64,000 bases of DNA from Octopus bimaculoides (lineage: Eukaryota), in assembly GCF_001194135.2 (NCBI RefSeq), contig NC_068984.1:79492649-79556648 (forward strand). The letters run 5' to 3'. Made by a program: the position numbers and the translations under genes. Shown in pieces: positions 1 to 12,972 of the stretch. Positions within the stretch are counted from its first letter, which is position 1. Each line of letters begins with the position of its first letter. The notes under the pieces are model-generated. The model ran no database searches and was not told the origin of the DNA. It was given only the letters and a program-made list of their open reading frames with translations.

Positions 1-10
1 TGTATATATG

Positions 11-40
<30 letters not shown>

Positions 41-43
<3 letters not shown>

Positions 44-245
44 TTGTGTGTCTGTGCTTGTCCCCTCTAGCATTGCTTGACAACCGATGCTGGTGTGTTT
101 ATGTCCCCGTCACTTAGCGGGTCGGCAAAAGGGACGGATAGAATAAGTACTAGGCTTCCAAAGAATAAGTCCTGGGGTCGATCTGCTCGACTAAAGGCGG
201 TGCTCCAGCATGGCCGCAGTCAAATGACTGAAACAAGTAAAAGAG
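41..245 (+). mobile_element. SINE family A, 3' half
   Basis: Matches the 3' halves of the full copies at 6417-6880, 19317-19773 and 32084-32478 (...gacaaccgatgctggtgtgtt...gaataagtcctggggtcgat...gaaacaagtaaaagag). Confidence 0.9.
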
Positions 246-1080
246 TATATAACCTTGCTCTCTTTTTACGACTGTTCCCACCTTTATCTATCTATCTATC
301 TTTATTTCTCTTACTCTTATATCTATCTGTCTTTCTCTTCACATTCTCTTACCTCTATATCTATCTTTCCCTCTTTCTTTTCTACTGTTTTCACCTTATC
401 TATGTATCACCTCTTCTCATTCTCTCACTTTTACACCTACCTTCTTCCTCTTCTTCATCTCTCGACTCTATATCTTTCTTCTCCCCCCTTCTATCTACTT
501 ACCTCACTTTTTTCCCATTCTCACATTGATTTCTTTCTCTAAATACATTCTAACTGTTATCGCTCATATCTATTTATTCTCTTTTTTTCTTTCTTTCCCC
601 ATATCTATTCTTTTTCATCATTTCTCTTTTGTTTTTCCTTTCAAACTCATCTTAATTTCCTCCATTTTACATCTCTCTTCCTTTCATTCTCTTTTCTCGT
701 GTCTTTCCCTCTTTTATAACTTCCCTTTCTCTTTCCTTACTTTCTCCATTCCTTTTTATGTTCTTTTAACTTTTCCTCCTCCCTTCTCTTTTCTTTTACT
801 TTATCTATTACCCCTTCCTCTCCTACTCAAATTTATTTTTTTTAAACTTCGTCCTCCCCACATCTATTCTTTTACTTTATCTTTTTCTAACTACCCCCTC
901 ATTCTAATCGTTTGCTTTCTCTTTTATAATCACCTTCTCACTCTATCCTCTTACTTTATCTTTTCTAACCTCCCCCTTTCTCTGTTCTTTTATCTCTAGT
1001 CTTCTCTTCTAATCTCCCACTTTTTATTCCACCCCTCCCCATACACACATCGTTCTCAATTCCATTATACTCGCTTTCTT
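246..1080. repeat. Pyrimidine-rich (CT/TTC) low-complexity tract
   Basis: Strong C/T strand bias. The overlapping ORFs are F/L/S-rich compositional artefacts. Confidence 0.75.
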
Positions 1081-2981
1081 AATATTTTTTCTCTCCTTTA
1101 TATTTAAAACAGTATCAAGAAAAACCAACCTTGAATTAGCATTTTATTTCTCTCGTTCTTTTACAATTTATGTTTCAACATTCAATATAAAAAAAAGACA
1201 AAATGTCCGTTATGTGGTTTTGATTCATGAGTTATTTTAAAACAATTGCGCTCTAACAATCACCGTTTCCACCTCACAAACATACACATCTTAACACATT
1301 CATGCTCATAGGAACTGCACCATAGATAGACACATACACATGCACAGATCCAACCAACACATACGTGTACATTATAGTCGTAAGATCCACACCTACATAC
1401 ACACGCACTCTCTCACACATATTCACAAACTCTTTCTTCCACATACACACATACTCACATTCAAATACATGCACATACATATACCGGAACATACACATAC
1501 GCACATTCACATACTTTCTCTCTTACACATGCATATATATATATATATANNNNNNNNNNNNNNNNNNNNNNNNNNNNNNNNNNNNNNNNNNNNNNNNNNN
1601 NNNNNNNNNNNNNNNNNNNNNNNNNNNNNNNNNNNNNNNNNNNNNNNNNNNNNNNNNNNNNNNNNNNNNNNNNNNNNNNNNNNNNNNNNNNNNNNNNNNN
1701 NNNNNNNNNNNNNNNNNNNNNNNNNNNNNNNNNNNNNNNNNNNNNNNNNNNNNNNNNNNNNNNNNNNNNNNNNNNNNNNNNNNNNNNNNNNNNNNNNNNN
1801 NNNNNNNNNNNNNNNNNNNNNNNNNTCTCTCTCTCTCTCTCTCTTTCACACATGCACTCACAATTTAACGTGGGAGCTTCCTGCTTGTCAGTAGAAAGTA
1901 TTTCATTTAAACAACTTTCTATTTGTACGACTCTCTCTTCTACAACCTTGGAATAAAAGTAAAGGAAAATAAATACAAAAGTAATAACAAAATGAATGAT
2001 ATAATACGTAATAAAATTCAGATAAATGAATGAAATAAAGCCCCGTTCTACATCCTTAAAACAAAGAAAATTAAAAGAAGGAGAAGGAAAATAACAAGAT
2101 ATTTTCTATTTACTCTTCGTAAAAATAAAACAAAAAAGAATGTACGAGAGAGAGAATTAGAGGGTGGTGGGTAGAGAGAACCATGTGGGAGACAGGAGAT
2201 CGAGTCACTTGTGTGAGAGAAAGTTACATGTATGAAAGAAAGAAGTCAGTGCGTAGATGTGTATGCATGTGTGTGTGTACGTGAGACTGAGACAGATATA
2301 ATGTGTGACAGAAAGAAACCTGTGTGTGTGTGTATGTGAGACAGAGACGGATATAATGTGAGAGAAAGAAAGCTGTGTGTGTGTATGTGAGACAGAGACA
2401 GATATAATGTGTGAGAAAATTAAAGTTGTGTGTGTGTGAGAGAGAGAGCTGTATATGTGTGTGTGTGGGAGATAGAGATTTACATGTATGTGTGTGTCTA
2501 GGTGTATGAATAGGCGAGTGAGAGGAAAAGAATCGAGTGTGCAAGAAATTATTTACCAAGAAACTAGTCTTTTTTTCCTGCGTTTTAAACAACTAAATAA
2601 ATACATAAGATATTTTAAAAAACTTTTATTCATTCCTTCGTCTCGTCTTAAAAAGACAAAAGAAGGCAAGCGATCAATGAGAACACTTGTGAAATGATTG
2701 AAATCCGGGCTAACCGTGATGGTCTCTGCCGGTAAAATAGTAAATACAAAAAAGTTCATCGAATACATTAAATGAATTTATCGTTAGCATAAGAAGTCTG
2801 ACGTTTTAGACATTATCTTTCGTCACTAGCAGAACAAAAAAAGAAAAACCAGAAACCAAATATATAAACGAAATATAAAATTAAACAAGCAACAATTTAC
2901 TTCTCGTTATGGCACAATATATTCAAATGGTGTTTTCATCAAATTCAGAGATACATCTTGAAGCAACATTAATTTTCTACG

Positions 2982-3045
<64 letters not shown>

Positions 3046-3632
3046 NNNNNNNNNNNNNNNNNNNNNNNNNNNNNNNNNNNNNNNNNNNNNNNNNNNNNNN
3101 NNNNNNNNNNNNNNNNNNNNNNNNNNNNNNNNNNNNNNNNNNNNNNNNNNNNNNNNNNNNNNNNNNNNNNNNNNNNNNNNNNNNNNNNNNNNNNNNNNNN
3201 NNNNNNNNNNNNNNNNNNNNNNNNNNNNNNNNNNNNNNNNNNNNNNNNNNNNNNNNNNNNNNNNNNNNNNNNNNNNNNNNNNNNNNNNNNNNNNNNNNNN
3301 NNNNNNNNNNNNNNNNNNNNNNNNNNNNNNNNNNNNNNNNNNNNNNNNNNNNNNNNNNNNNNNNNNNNNNNNNNNNNNNNNNNNNNNNNNNNNNNNNNNN
3401 NNNNNNNNNNNNNNNNNNNNNNNNNNNNNNNNNNNNNNNNNNNNNNNNNNNNNNNNNNNNNNNNNNNNNNNNNNNNNNNNNNNNNNNNNNNNNNNNNNNN
3501 NNNNNNNNNNNNNNNNNNNNNNNNNNNNNNNNNNNNNNNNNNNNNNNNNNNNNNNNNNNNNNNNNNNNNNNNNNNNNNNNNNNNNNNNNNNNNNNNNNNN
3601 NNNNNNNNNNNNNNNNNNNNNNNNNNNNNNNN

Positions 3633-3687
<55 letters not shown>

Positions 3688-4890
3688 ATATAGTTCAAAT
3701 TTACAGAAGACAAAAGACAAAGACGGGTGTAGGAACAAGAAGCAGGTATATTAGTTTAACCCTCGGGAAGAATGGAAAAATCTTTTATGTTTTGAGCCTA
3801 CGCTCTTTGACAAAAAAGATGAAGGGGGAAAAAAAAAACGGAGAGAGAATGAAAAAAATGAGAGAGAGAAAAAATCTATTGCGTTCAACGGTCCAACATG
3901 ACGAGTGTGTTCTCATCTTTTCAATGCTAAGATGTGTGTTTGTGTTAAAGTGTGTGTGTATGTGTGTGAGAGAAGGTTCAGCGCTCGGCAAAACAGAATC
4001 CATCACTTGACATTACACCACCGCATGTATTTTGGTAGCTTTTAATGGAATCTATACTGTTGTAAACACTTAGATCAGGTCTCCAGTTTGAGCATCCCAC
4101 CTCTCTCACTTGCTCACTCGTTCCCTTCTACCTGCCAGTTTCAGAGGCCTTGTAAACAGACATGAACATTGTCATTTATTTCTGACTAAAAGATTTTTTT
4201 AAAAAAACAGAAAAGGAAAGAAAATGAGAGGGATATTTAGATGTTATTTCTTGCAGGTCAAGCACTCTTTTGTTGGTGTCATATTGTATCTTCAGATTGG
4301 TGAAAAAAGGTTGATTTAGCAATTTTTTTTTTCGCATAGTCGTTAAAGCCTCTAGAAAGAAAATATTGTCAACAATGCATTTCTCTATCAAAAGGGGAAA
4401 AAAAAAAATCTAGCTTCCTTACAGTAGATCTATATATTTGCAATACATTTGTAGTTTTTTCACACAAATAAGAAAATAGAATTGTCTGTTTATAGGAGTA
4501 ATGTGGGGTGGTGCAGAGGGAGTACGGAAATTAGCAATACTTCAAGATTGATGCAGTTCGAGATTAGAAACCTGATTATTTTCTTTACAAGAAAAGCAAA
4601 TTCTATAAACAGGTATACAATGTATGTGTGTATGCATGTGTGTGTGTATGTATTAATGAAGTCGCCTAAGAATCAATAAGTCAAAAAAGAAAAAAAACAC
4701 AAGCATTCGCATATTTGTCGATAGAGTGGTTATGTTAATATTTATGCTATACAGTGTTATAGGTCCATTTCAACCGATTTACTTAGCAAGTTTTGCATGA
4801 GAGTTATGGAGAGAATCTTAACCGGCACTCATCAGAAGGGCTGGGATGAAAAAAATGGCACTTCACACACACACACACACACACACATGA

Positions 4891-4921
<31 letters not shown>

Positions 4922-5299
4922 CACACACACACAAATGCATGCACAAACACACACACATCTCTTTCTTTTTAAATGTAGTTTGCGAGATTTATGACGATAT
5001 GCTGAAAGACAAAGACATGTGGTACTTTGGAAGGGTCATTCAGTCAATAAAACACAATCACAGGCTACATTTCACTTCTGTTTCATTATATATTTAATAA
5101 GTGGATAATTTATTATTTTTGTTATGCACTGTGACTATACCTGTGATGTGTCTCTTATGCAGCTATAACTACATTTTAAGAAACTAGCACCAAAGCACAA
5201 TGTAAATTTAGAATGGATCTTATCATAAAACTTTGATAAACCAAATCATTAGTTGCCTAATTGAGAAACATCTTTTTCCTTCCCATTTTTCTCTCTCCT

Positions 5300-5400
5300 C
5301 ATCTATCGGTCCTGTAGAAGAGCATAGGCTCGAAACAGTAAAGACTTCTTCCAGTTTTCCTGAGTGTCAACCTAATACATCATGTTTTGCGCTGTTGCTT
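5300..5400 (+). mobile_element. Penelope-like pseudo-LTR remnant with degenerate hammerhead-like motif
   Basis: CTGTAGA-A-GAGC-atag-GCTC-GAAAC at 5312-5336, followed by aagactt...gagtgtca..ctaataca. Homologous to 16978-17040. Confidence 0.45.
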
Positions 5401-5463
5401 TTTTTTTTTACCTCATCTTTGTGTTTTTATTTTCTATTTTTGTGTCATACACACACCCTAACT

Positions 5464-5721
5464 CAGTGGTTCTCAGCCATTTTTTGCCTATGGATTCCTT
5501 TGGTTCCTATTTTCCTCTACTGAACCCCCACAGTCATTCGATATATTAAAAAATTCCCATCACACGCACGGTTGTGTGATAAGAAGCTTGCTTCCCAACT
5601 ATATGATTCCGGGTTCTATCTCACTGCATGGGACCTTGGGCAAGTGTCTTATACTATGGCCTTGAGCCGACCAAAGTCTTGTAAGTAGATTTGGTAGATG
5701 GAAACTGGAAGGAGCTTGTCG

Positions 5722-5764
<43 letters not shown>

Positions 5765-6145
5765 ATATATTCGAATGTGTCTTTGTGTCTGTGTTTGTCT
5801 CCCACCCCACCCCACCTCCATCACTGTTCGACAACCAGCATTGGTGTATTTACATCCCCGTAACTTAGCGGCTCGGCAAAAAGAGACTGATAACACAAGC
5901 ACCAGGCTTAGGCAAAAAAATAAGTACTGGGGTCAATTCATTTGACTAAAATGTTCTTCAAGGTAGTATGCCCCAGTATGGTCGCAGTCTAATGATTGAA
6001 ACAAGTAAAACAAGTAAAAGATATATTTTTATAATCAGATATAATTAGGAATTGTAACCAATTTAATGCACATAAATTTTAACATAAAAATCTCATATGG
6101 ACCCCCCCCCCCAATATTCATATGGATTCCGGTTGAGAACCCTTG
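5464..6145. mobile_element. hAT (Charlie-type) MITE containing a nested SINE A
   Basis: Termini cagtggttctcagcc / ggttgagaacccttg. Flanks ccctaact and ccgtaacc form a degenerate 8-bp TSD with central TA. Confidence 0.7.
5566..6020 (+). mobile_element. SINE family A, full length and diverged
   Basis: tRNA-like head, ccttgggcaagtgtctt CORE-like motif, internal (TA)n and aaacaagtaaaa tail. Confidence 0.8.
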
Positions 6146-6416
6146 CCGTAACCACTAACCCACACGCCTATAAACCTGTGTCTTCGATTACGCTTGCATA
6201 TGTGTGGGTAGACAATGTGTGGTCAAATAGTTAAGAAGTTCATGTCCCATTCATGAGTTCCAGGCTTCGATCCTAGTGCAGAGCGTCTTTATCATAACCT
6301 GAGATCAACCCAAGCCTTGTGAGAGAAATTGGAATGTTGGAGACTTTGGAAAATGGATTACATATGTTTATACACGCACATGCATATATGTTTATTGATT
6401 TGTATGTATATATATA

Positions 6417-6630
6417 CTCTTTACTCTTTTATTTGTTTCAGTCATTTGACTGCGGCCATGCTAGAGCACTGCCTTTAGTCGAGCAAATCGACCCCGGTAC
6501 TTACTCTTTGTAAGCCTAGTACTTATTCTATCGGTCTCTTTTGCCGAACCGCTAAGTGACGGGGACATAAACACACCAGTATCGGTTGTCAAGCAATGCT
6601 AGGGGGACAAACACAGACACACAAACACAC

Positions 6631-6673
<43 letters not shown>

Positions 6674-6880
6674 NNNNNNNNNNNNNNNNNATAGATAGAT
6701 AGATAGATAGATATATACGACGGGTTTCTTTCAGTTTCTGTCTACCAAATCCACTCACAAGGCTTTGGTCGGCTCGAGGCTATAGTAGAAGACACTTGGC
6801 CAAGGTGCCATGCAGTGAGACTGAACCCGGAACCATGTGGTTGGTAAGCAAGCTACTTACCACACAGCCACTCCTGCGCC
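6417..6880 (-). mobile_element. SINE family A, full length
   Basis: Reverse complement of the 32084-32478 copy. Internal (TA)n/(GATA)n with a small gap, and flanked by TA repeats. Confidence 0.92.
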
Positions 6881-6881
6881 T

Positions 6882-7066
6882 ATATATTTGAAAAAAGAAA
6901 AAGAATGACTTCCCTGGTAGTTGTAATCCAATTAATTTATTATTTTTAAAATTTTTTAATAATATAAATTTTAATCCATAGATCTGATAAACTCCTTGTT
7001 AACTTGGGTGTGGAGAATTTTAAAAAAAGAATTTTTCTTGTTAACTTCTTTGGACAACTTGGCATT
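6882..7066. repeat. Left arm of an ~180-bp diverged inverted repeat (partner 10388-10560)
   Basis: Its reverse complement aligns by eye across tgtc(c)aaagaagttaacaag...ctccacacccaagttaacaa...agatctatg...aatttatattattaaaaaa...gatta.aacta.cag.gaag.catt...aaatata. Confidence 0.8.
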
Positions 7067-7284
7067 CCTTGTCAAACAGATTTGGGGTTTTGTGATTCTA
7101 TATATGGCATTTGGGTGTGTTTGGGGTGGGGTTGGAGTTTGTTAATCAGTGTGGGAGTGAAAGACTTTTGATGACTGACAGCTGAAAGAAAGTAGTGAAT
7201 GGTGAACAGAAAGATACTTGATTGGGGGTGGAGTTGGGAGGTGGTATAGAAAGAGGTATAGTGGCTAACGATCTATCATGACAA

Positions 7285-7291
7285 ATGCGGA

Positions 7292-7326
<35 letters not shown>

Positions 7327-7860
7327 CACACACACACATACACAAGCAGACACACACATGTACATACACATACAAACACACACAAGCACACACACACATA
7401 CACATAGACATATACACATAGACACATACATACATACACACACTTAGATATGTGCATACATTCATACATATATATAAACCTATATGTATACACATATACA
7501 CATACATACTTACATACACATGTTTATACACACATACATACACACACATACACATTCACACATAAATATCCCCTCCAGCTCACATGCCCCCACACCTCTG
7601 CCCATGCACCCATCGCCCAGTGTCCATTTTCAGTGTGGATACTAAATGATGACAATGACAATAATGATGGATGTATGTGCAAATATTTGGGCACATATGA
7701 GGCAGAGAGAATACACATGCATGGGTATGTGTGTCTATACATATTTACACATATATATATCCACACACATGTATCATATCCGTATGTTTACATATACCCA
7801 CATACACATGCACATGTGTACACACACATAAATATGTATACGTATCTACACTACTCAAGT
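7285..7860. repeat. Degenerate (CA)n/(TACA)n microsatellite tract
   Basis: Direct inspection. Confidence 0.85.
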
Positions 7861-8680
7861 TTTTAAGTTTCCATGTTCATTGCAGGGAGAGGTATTAGAG
7901 AAACGGTAGTTTACCTCTGAGGGTTGTTCTTTTCAACAATCAAATGATTGAAAGCGTGAGTGTCATCCACTTCTATTTGGATATATATATATATATATAT
8001 ATANNNNNNNNNNNNNNNNNNNNNNNNNNNNNNNNNNNNNNNNNNNNNNNNNNNNNNNNNNNNNNNNNNNNNNNNNNNNNNNNNNNNNNNNNNNNNNNNN
8101 NNNNNNNNNNNNNNNNNNNNNNNNNNNNNNNNNNNNNNNNNNNNNNNNNNNNNNNNNNNNNNNNNNNNNNNNNNNNNNNNNNNNNNNNNNNNNNNNNNNN
8201 NNNNNNNNNNNNNNNNNNNNNNNNNNNNNNNNNNNNNNNNNNNNNNNNNNNNNNNNNNNNNNNNNNNNNNNNNNNNNNNNNNNNNNNNNNNNNNNNNNNN
8301 NNNNNNNNNNNNNNNNNNNNNNNNNNNNNNNNNNNNNNNNNNNNNNNNNNNNNNNNNNNNNNNNNNNNNNNNNNNNNNNNNNNNNNNNNNNNNNNNNNNN
8401 NNNNNNNNNNNNNNNNNNNNNNNNNNNNNNNNNNNNNNNNNNNNNNNNNNNNNNNNNNNNNNNNNNNNNNNNNNNNNNNNNNNNNNNNNNNNNNNNNNNN
8501 NNNNNNNNNNNNNNNNNNNNNNNNNNNNNNNNNNNNNNNNNNNNNNNNNNNNNNNNNNNNNNNNNNNNNNNNNNNNNNNNNNNNNNNNNNNNNNNNNNNN
8601 NNNNNNNNNNNNNNNNNNNNNNNNNNNNNNNNNNNNNNNNNNNNNNNNNNNNNNNNNNNNNNNNNNNNNNNNNNNNNNNA

Positions 8681-8830
8681 GCATGGGTTGGACGATTTGA
8701 CTGAGGACTGGTGAAACAGGATGGCAACACCAGGCTCCAATCTAATTTGGCAGAGTTTCTACAGCTGGATGCCCTTCCTAACGCCAACCACTCAGAGAGT
8801 GTAGTGGGTGCTTTTACGTGTCACCCGCAC
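8681..8830 (-). mobile_element. SINE/LINE-tail family B fragment
   Basis: gcatgggttggacgatttgactgagg...ggatgcccttcctaacgccaaccac, shared with 39546-39699 and 62680-62902. Confidence 0.85.
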
Positions 8831-8853
8831 GTATATACATATATATACATATA

Positions 8854-9018
8854 TACGACGGGCTTCTTTCAGTTTCCGTCTACCAAATCTACTCACAAGG
8901 CTTTGGTCTGCCCGAGGCTATAGTAGAAGACACTTGCCCAAGGTGCCACGCAGTGGGACTGAACCCAGAACCATGTGGTTGATAAGCAAGCTACTTACCA
9001 CACAGCCACTCCTACGCC
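8854..9018 (-). mobile_element. SINE family A, 5' half (tRNA-like head plus CORE-like region)
   Basis: Near identical to 19610-19773. Confidence 0.9.
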
Positions 9019-9079
9019 TATATATATATCTTTTTTTATATAAAAAAAGGAGAGGATCCTGTTATTTGTTGGGGATGGT

Positions 9080-10390
9080 TTGGAATATCATTTTTTTGTG
9101 TTCAGTAATGGTTTGTACCTCCTGGTGAAGAATTCTACTTTATATTTCTGGAAATGATTATTGTCCAACCATAACTTAAAGAAGGGGAAGATTGTGAATT
9201 TTCCTTTTCCACATGATGCAAAGTGTCTATCGCAAGTGGTGTTTCTGACAGAGGGGTCTTTAATTTGTTGTTTGTGTACACGTATTCTGTCATGTAGTCC
9301 CATTCCGGTTTGACCAATATAGTGCTCTGTACATTGTGGGTAAGTTGCACAGTAAATTAAGTTTTTCATTTTGTAATTCATGTTTGCATTAACTTTGAAA
9401 ATCTCATTGTTTTTAAAGGAGATTTGTCCACCCACTTCAATGTATTCAAAGGCTCCACATTGAGGGCCCCTGCATTTTTTAACTTGCATTGTTTCAATGT
9501 TAGATATAAATTTTGCCATCGTGAGTAATTTTTTAAAGGTTTGATGCTTGGTATCTGCTATATATTAATAGTGAGTCTTTTATGAGTACATTCATTTTGG
9601 CGGGTGGAGGCGCAATGGTCCAGTGATTAGGGCAGCGGACTCGCAGTCATAGGATCGCGGTTTCGATTCCCAGACCGGGTGTTGTGAGTGTTTATTGAGC
9701 GAAAACACCTANNNNNNNNNNGGGTGTTGTGAGTGTTTATTGAGCGAAAACACCTAAAGCTCCACGAGGCTCCGGCAGGGGATGGTGGCGAACCCTTCTG
9801 TACTCTTCCACCGCAACTTTCTCTCACTCTTAATTCCTGTTTCTGTTGTGCCTGCAATTCAAAGGGTCAGCCGTGTCACACTGTGTCACGCTGAATATCC
9901 CTGAGAACTACGTTAAGGGTACACGTGTCTGTGGAATGCTCAGCCACTTGCACGTTAATTTCATGAGCAGGCTGTTCCGTTGATCGGATCAACTGGAACC
10001 CTCGACGTCGTAAGCGACGGAGTGCCAACAACAACAACATTTTGGGGGATCGCTGGAGAATTGGGAGATATTGTTTGGCGGTTTTCACAATGTTGAAGTT
10101 CCTTGAGTTGTGAGTGATGAAAAAAGGGATGACTGTTTTGTCCTTTTTATTTCTTTGGTTTGTCTTTTTCAGTGTTGTCACTGGAATGCTCTGGGCTTCG
10201 GAGATTGCTGTATTCATAAGGTTCATCGGATATTCTTGTCTTTTAAGGAACCATTTTAGTTCATGTAGTCTTTTTTCCTATAGTGAGGACTGTGTTACTA
10301 TAGTGCAGATGCAGCTTGCCATGTTAAAGGGAATGTTCTTTTTGGTATGTGAGGGGTTTGCTGATAGGAAATTTAAGTATTGATGTGTGT
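9080..10390 (-). mobile_element. Penelope-like retroelement remnant (RT thumb, linker, GIY-YIG endonuclease), frameshifted and interrupted by a SINE
   Basis: DTHQYLNFLSANPSHTKKNIPFNMASCICTIV (PLE RT C-terminus). IPFFITHNSRNFNI...SPKM, rejoining across the SINE to NVLIKDSLLIYSRYQASNL/KKLLTMAKF. NLIYCATYPQCTEHYIGQTG..LHDRIRVHKQQI (GIY-YIG, ORF 9088-9519). Confidence 0.88.
9604..10037 (+). mobile_element. tRNA-derived SINE family C, full length with TSD
   Basis: A/B-box-like head (tggtccagtgattag...gtttcgattccc) and (CAA)n tail. 11-bp TSD cattttgg[c/g]gg at 9593-9603 and 10038-10048. Confidence 0.92.
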
Positions 10391-10560
10391 CAAAGAAGTT
10401 AACAAGGAAAATTTTGTTAACAAAATCTCTCCACACCCAAGTTAACAAAGAACTTACTAGATCTATGACATACAATTTATATTATTAAAAAAATTTACAA
10501 AATAATAAACTAAAGTGATTAGAACTATCAGTGAAGCCATTTTTTCCTTTTTGAAATATA
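10388..10560. repeat. Right arm of the ~180-bp inverted repeat (partner 6882-7066)
   Basis: See left arm. It abuts the 5' truncation point of the Penelope ORF remnant. Confidence 0.8.
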
Positions 10561-10594
10561 CTTAACTGTACCAAGAATTTCACACATTTTCCAA

Positions 10595-10766
10595 TATATA
10601 TAGGTGTGTGTGTGTGTGTGTGTGTATGTGCGTGTGTATATATATACATACACGCATACATGTATGCATATATATATACACACACTTGTATGTATATTTA
10701 TACATGTATATGTATGTATGTATGTATATATATACATATATATACATATGTGTATGTATACATGTG

Positions 10767-10847
<81 letters not shown>

Positions 10848-10861
10848 GTATACACACACAA

Positions 10862-10892
<31 letters not shown>

Positions 10893-11189
10893 CACAAACA
10901 CACGCACCCATGCATGCACACATACACACATGCATGCAGGCATGCACACACACTCACGCACAGTTTACAAAATGTAATTACAAAAAAATTACAGTCATTT
11001 CCCAAAAACATTTTGCATAGTTCCATGGATTTCTCTGAAGAATGGGTGTATTCAGTACAATGAGACACATTTTCCACATATTTCCTATATTGAAACAACA
11101 GCATTTATTACATTTAGCCATATAATTATTTGTTTGTAACAGAAAACTAGGAAATATTTGGTCTTTTAACTTCATATACGTATACACAC

Positions 11190-11228
<39 letters not shown>

Positions 11229-11230
11229 CG

Positions 11231-11295
<65 letters not shown>

Positions 11296-11390
11296 TTATA
11301 TATATAATTATACATATAACTTTTACACACACATATATAAACACATACACACACATGTATATACACATGCACGCACATACAGCTATAGTA
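10595..11390. repeat. Compound (TG)n/(TA)n/(CA)n microsatellites
   Basis: Direct inspection. Confidence 0.9.
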
Positions 11391-11470
11391 CAAGGATAAA
11401 CTTGACATACAGCTGGTAGGAAGAGGTAAAGAAATAGTGGATTTACGTAGCTATGTGTGTATGCATTATA

Positions 11471-11597
11471 CAGGGTGTCCACAAAGTCTGGGTACCAGGA
11501 GTAAATAAAATCATAACATAAGCAATTAAATATTAGAAATAATAATTTCTTAAAGTATGTGTTAATCCCCATGTACCCAGACTTTGTGGACACCCTG
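11471..11597. mobile_element. Tc1/mariner-type MITE (127 bp)
   Basis: Perfect 25-bp TIR cagggtgtccacaaagtctgggtac, with TA duplicated on both sides. Confidence 0.93.
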
Positions 11598-11879
11598 TAT
11601 ATTATATAGAGATACTGCCTATCCTCACACAATAATGGATGATCTATATAGATATTGGTTGGTTGGCTGGCTGTATGCTTTATCCCATCACATTTTACAT
11701 CATTTAGAAGGAGGGAGACAAAAAGATAAAAGACGTACAGAAACAGTTAACATAAGTGGTGCAAGAGATGAGTGCTTAGAAGGAGGCAATTGTAGTGAAA
11801 CCTCTCTCTCGGGCATTCAATCATAAATGATAATGAAGCTGCTAACATCTAGCCTTCGGTTGCCTTGGACCCTTCTGTC

Positions 11880-12303
11880 CATCATCCTGATTGGTTCTTA
11901 TTTTGCGTGGCAATTGTCCCCATGTTCTGCTTGCTAAGGGGGCATTACATCCAATCGACGGCTTCAGATAAGATCACGTGAGAAGGAGTTTTACTGCATT
12001 TCCGGTGAGCCCTATTTCGCCTATAAATAAGCCGATCCAACGATGGCAATTGTCTTCGATTTCAGATCTCTCACAGGTCTGGTCGCTGACTACACATACA
12101 GAACACAGCTACAGCCAATTCCAGCGCCGACGTCTTCACCACATATGTACTGTCTACCGGAATGTCGTGCGCCAGCAACCCCACCACCAGGTACACACCA
12201 ATATCACCACACTCGGTTTTATATCGACCCTGTTTGAGTGGATTGTTTCCACCGCAAGCAACAGTCAGAACTAACCAGTGAGAATATTCCGTATCAGGTA
12301 AAC
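11880..12303 (+). promoter_or_regulatory. Candidate Pol II promoter or LTR-U3-like module
   Basis: ATTGG 11890, CCAAT 11951, CACGTG 11975, TATAAAT 12022-12028 and a possible donor CAG|GTAAAC at 12297/8, in CpG-retaining unique sequence. Confidence 0.35.
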
Positions 12304-12936
12304 AGTCACAGCATTCGACGCTCAACACACATTTTATGAATCCACAGCTCTGCTACTTGGCCACATCTTCCTGCGTATGAACATTTTATCTCCTTGTGTA
12401 ATTCTAATATGAACTGGTATTTCTCTATCTCAGTGTTTGAGACTTGTAGTCTATGTTACAGACACTCTTTCTATGTTCTGTGTTTCCTCTCATTCACACG
12501 CACACTTGTACTCTCATATAGTGTACACACACTATTGCTTATACGACTGTCAGTTATTTCACATTGTTGTATACATTCTCCTGTACACGAAGGCCTGACT
12601 TATCTACTGTGTTAATTATATATGTCGCATGCGCGTGCACACAGACACAAACAGTTTCACTATGTTAATAAACTTACTCTCTTATATATATCGGTTGTCT
12701 GTTCTAAGTTCTTTTACTGGCACAATGGCTCGTATCTCTCACGATGAGCCTTCTATCATATATATCTTGTTTTGTGTTCGACCGTGCGACATGGTAAAAA
12801 GGAGCCTTTTCCGTCTACGTCGCCATCTCCTTTGGTTCGCACAATCGAATTATTACGCATTGATTGAAAGAACGCTACAAGCATAGAAAGAAAAACTATC
12901 TCTGTATAATAGCAACCAACACACACACACACTCAC

Positions 12937-12972
<36 letters not shown>

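Noticed and set aside
9604-9680. tRNA gene calls at SINE heads (also 32084, 36122, 55842)
   Set aside because: A/B-box-like motifs are present but there is no complete cloverleaf, and each continues into SINE body sequence.
9676-9756. Tandem duplication gggtgttgtgagtgtttattgagcgaaaacaccta either side of a 10-N gap
   Set aside because: Typical unmerged contig overlap, an assembly artefact. The same applies to the duplicated block around the gap at 40817-40826.
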